DNA of 64,000 nt from Azolla caroliniana (Eukaryota; Plantae; Polypodiophyta). Position 1 is the first letter of the stretch; each line of letters begins with the position of its first letter. The notes under the pieces are model-generated. The model searched no databases. It was given only the letters and a program-made list of their open reading frames with translations, and was not told the origin of the DNA. Shown here one piece after another: positions 60,772 through 64,000 of the stretch. The stretch is from assembly GCA_043228905.1 (NCBI GenBank), contig JBHGNT010000001.1, positions 26,536,001 to 26,600,000 of the forward strand, read 5' to 3'. Position numbers and translations under genes: made by a program.

Positions 60772-63700
60772 GTGGGTTCCATCTCTTCCAAGCATGTTAG
60801 TAGAGTTTTCTCAAGCCAAGTACAAGTTATGACACCAAGTTGTCAACTTCATGTCCCAGCGCTCTTAGATACCGAAGCCAATTCTTGTTTCATGGATAGA
60901 GATTTTGCCCGAAAACATCAAATAGCCTTGCATAAACTTCCTTGCCCAGTTTCCATAGTAGTGATTGATGGACGTCCCATAGCTTCTGGAAAGATATTCG
61001 AGGATTTTGAGCCGATACACATACTCTTAGGTGATTTAGGATGTGTGGTCTCCTTTAACATAATCTGTAGCCCTGAGCATCCAATAGTACCAAACACGTT
61101 GTTCCTCTTCATCAAATTTCAACCATCACCCTAGAACCATTATGCCAAGAAGGAGCAAAAGAAGATTTATTCTTATTTGCCATATCAATTGCACCTTCTA
61201 GTGACGCTCAAGGGACTTCAAAGGTCTACATTCCTAAAAAGTACCAAGAATATGTTGATGTCTTCGACAAAGTCAAAGCTAGTGTACTTCCAAAGCATCG
61301 GCCATACGATTGTCCCATTGAACTACAGCCAGGAAAAGAGCCACCATGGGGTCCGATCTACAATCTGTCACCAACGGAGCTTGAGGTTCTTTGAGCATAC
61401 ATTGACGAGAATCTTGCAAGTGGATTTATTTGACATTCAAAGTCTCCAACTGGTGCTCCTATCTTTTTCGTGAAGAAAAAGGACGACTCATTTCGTTTGA
61501 TTGTGGATTATCGGGGATTAAATAAAGTGACAATAAGAAATAGGTATGCTCTACCTTTAATTTCCAGTCTTCTAGAGCACATTGGTGGGGCAAAGCATTT
61601 TACCAAGATTGATTTAAGGGGTGCATATAATATTGTCCGTATTCGACCAGGAGACGAGTGAAAGACTGCATTTCGCACTCGATATGGCCATTTCGAGTAT
61701 ACAGTTATGCCTTTTGGGATTACAAATGCTCTTGCCGTGTTTCCACATATGGCAATTGACATTTTCTGAGATTTTCAAGATATCTTTCTTATCATCTATT
61801 TAGATGATCTTGACAGGAGCTAAACGCTCCCCTATACGCAACGCTCGGCCACAACCAAGCTTAGATTCATGCACAGAAAACGGGAAATGAAAGCACGACA
61901 CAAAGAGGAGAAGAGTACACAGGATGTTTACGTGGAAAACCCAAAGAGGGAAAAAAAAAAAACCACGGCTGCCCACAGGCTGCAAACTATCACTATGCTA
62001 GAATGTACAACAGTGAGTTCACGGAGGCAACGACCTCATGCTCACGATCCTCGCCACAGGCGGCGGTTATAACAGAGGCAACGACCTCTTGCTCTCTCTC
62101 TCTCTCTCTGTACACTGTTACGTGCTCACTCTATTCTTGCACCAACAAGAATAACAACAACAACAGGCATCTAAAAAAGTTGCCCTAAGTCATATTTATA
62201 CTAATATGACTTTTCGGCTATTTACAAATATAGCCGCGATGGACTCTCAGAAACATATTTACAAATATGTCTCTTCATCCGGAGAGCACTCCTCACCGGG
62301 CCTGCATCATCCGGATCTCCGTAGCCGGGTCTGCACCATCCGGCTCTCCATAGCCGGGTCTGCACCATTCGATTTCGGCCTTGGCCGAGTTTTCTTATCA
62401 ACATTGTTCTTCTCCCTTCCCATCCGGAGGGACCTGTCTCCCAACAGATCTATTGATTTACTCTAGAACACAAGCGGAGCATGATATACATGTCCGAAAG
62501 GTACTCCAACGCTTAAGAGAGTATGGTCTTTATACCAAACTACAGAAGTGCAGTTTTGATTGCAAAGAAGTTGAGTTCTTGGGTTATACCATTTCATCCA
62601 AAGGTATCTTCATGGATCCAGCGAAAGTTCAAACACTATTGGAATGGCATACTCCAAGTTCCGTTCGTGATGTCCAATGTTTCCTTGGATTTGCCAACTT
62701 CTACCGCAAATTCATATGGAATTATTCGAAGATTGTATTGCCACTTACTCAACTCACCAAGAAAAATCAAGCATTTGTTTGGACTCCTGAAGCAAACAAA
62801 AGCCTTTACTCAATTGAAAGAGGCATTCACATCAGCTCCTGTCTTAGCTCATGTTGATCCAGAAAAGCCATTTATCATTGAGGCAAATGCATCCAACTTT
62901 GCATTGGGGAGCATCCTATCACAACCAGGTGAAGATGGGCACTTACATCCAGTCGCGTTTCACTCAAGGAAGTTTAATGTTGCGGAGATCAACTACAAGG
63001 TGCATGACAAAGAGTTACTAGCTGTGGTCGACTCTTTTGCGCAATGGAGACATTTCCGGGAAGGTTCACCTCATCAAATCATCATTTATAGTGACCACAA
63101 AAATCTTACATATTTTTTGACGACTCGAGTGCTAAATACGCAACAAGCTCGGTGGGCGCAATTTTTAACTCGTTTTGATTTCAAGATCATTTTCCGCCCA
63201 GGGAACCAACAAGGGCAAGCAAATGCTCTATCTCGACACTCATATTTGGCACTTCGCCCTGGAGATCCAGCTTTCTACAATCAAAAGCAAGTTCTCCTTG
63301 GTCCAACAAAGCTACAAGCAACCACGGTTTGTGCCACGCCATTGGATTCAAGTCTTCTTGATACTATTCGACAACAACTTAACTCTGATGATTTTGTTAA
63401 GGATGTCCTCACCCACCTTGGTCCAAATCATGCATTTTGCTCCACATTGCCAGGGACATCTCGACACTATAAGGAGTTCAAGTTACAAGATAACTTACTT
63501 TTCTACAAGAATCTACTTTATGTCCCTAATGGATCACCACGCCTTCGTGTGTTGGAGCACTGTCATGATGCTCGTATGGCCGGACACTTTGGTATTGCCA
63601 AGACCATGGAGCTAGTGAAGTGATCATTTTGGTGGCCTCATTTACAACAATTCGTTGAAGATTATGTTCGCACATGTGACACATGTTGTCGAGCTAAAAC

Positions 63701-64000
63701 GCCTAGGCATCGTCCTTATGGGTTGTTACAACCATTGTTGACTCTGAGCAAGCCATGGCAGTCAATTACTATGGATTTCATTACAGATCTGCCACCTTCA
63801 CAAGGTTTTGATGCTATTTTAACCATAGTGGATCGGTTTACCAAGATGGCACATTTTCTACCCTTCGTAAAAAGCATCAGTAGTCAAGAAACAGCAGATA
63901 TCATTATGCGTGAAGTATTTTGCCATCATGGTTTTCCAAACGACATAATTAGTGATCGTGGACCACAATTTATCTCTCACTTTTGGAATCACCTATGTGA
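60772..64000 (+). pseudogene. Pol of element K (PR, RT, RNase H, IN) with stops, frameshifts and an insertion
   Basis: ORFs 60772-61134, 61470-61661, 62381-62857 and 62523-63623 carry successive pol motifs. Confidence 0.9.
61811..62446 (-). mobile_element. Copia-family solo LTR inserted at the YLDD motif of K RT, TSD GATCT
   Basis: gatct at 61806-61810 and 62447-62451; homologous to 49166-49926; removal restores YLDDLLIYS. Confidence 0.93.

Larger units (their letters stand above)
55681..64000 (+). mobile_element. Element K: Tcn1-like chromovirus (5' LTR 55681-56108, gag, decayed pol), runs off the window; hosts L and a Copia solo LTR
   Basis: tgtca..tgaca LTR; gag 59540-60697; PR LLDTEA; RT YLDD; RNase H; IN HHCC and MDFITDLP. 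Same family as the chromodomain-bearing fragment 8299-9482. Confidence 0.93.

Noticed and set aside
61801-61811. Targeted insertion into the RT YLDD motif
   Set aside because: A single event with an ordinary 5-bp TSD; the other Copia insertions show no such preference.

Overview
This is eukaryotic repetitive DNA with no host protein-coding gene. It is most likely heterochromatin of a non-seed land plant; this is inferred from plant-type intron-containing tRNA-Tyr, plant tRNA PBSs and Tcn1-like plus fungal-like Gypsy elements. Bases 1-1341 are a degenerate satellite built from tRNA-Tyr(GTA) genes. The rest is a nest, up to 5 levels deep, of about 19 LTR-retrotransposon insertions or fragments. 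These comprise: a short-LTR Gypsy (A); a young gag-only LTR element; two Tcn1-like chromoviruses; a near-intact Copia, two related solo LTRs and one RT fragment; an internally deleted tRNA-Arg-primed Gypsy (L); and six internal copies (B, D, E, F, G, J) plus five solo or partial LTRs of one chromodomain-less, tRNA-Trp-primed Gypsy family that resembles the fungal Ylt1-like lineage. Main findings: (1) the Trp family makes 4-bp TSDs centred on CpG at 11 of 12 sites, and the 12th is explained by C->T decay; (2) it splits Gag-PR from RT-RH-IN at a GGATTTT -1 frameshift followed by a covariation-supported pseudoknot; (3) element L has no polypurine tract but an inverted second tRNA-Arg PBS in its place; (4) the Copia is flanked by a 28-bp duplication instead of 5 bp; (5) three LTR types carry antisense tRNA-like A/B boxes; (6) element K has a Tf1-type self-priming site and heat-shock elements. 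All coordinates and counts were read by eye and may be off by a few bases.
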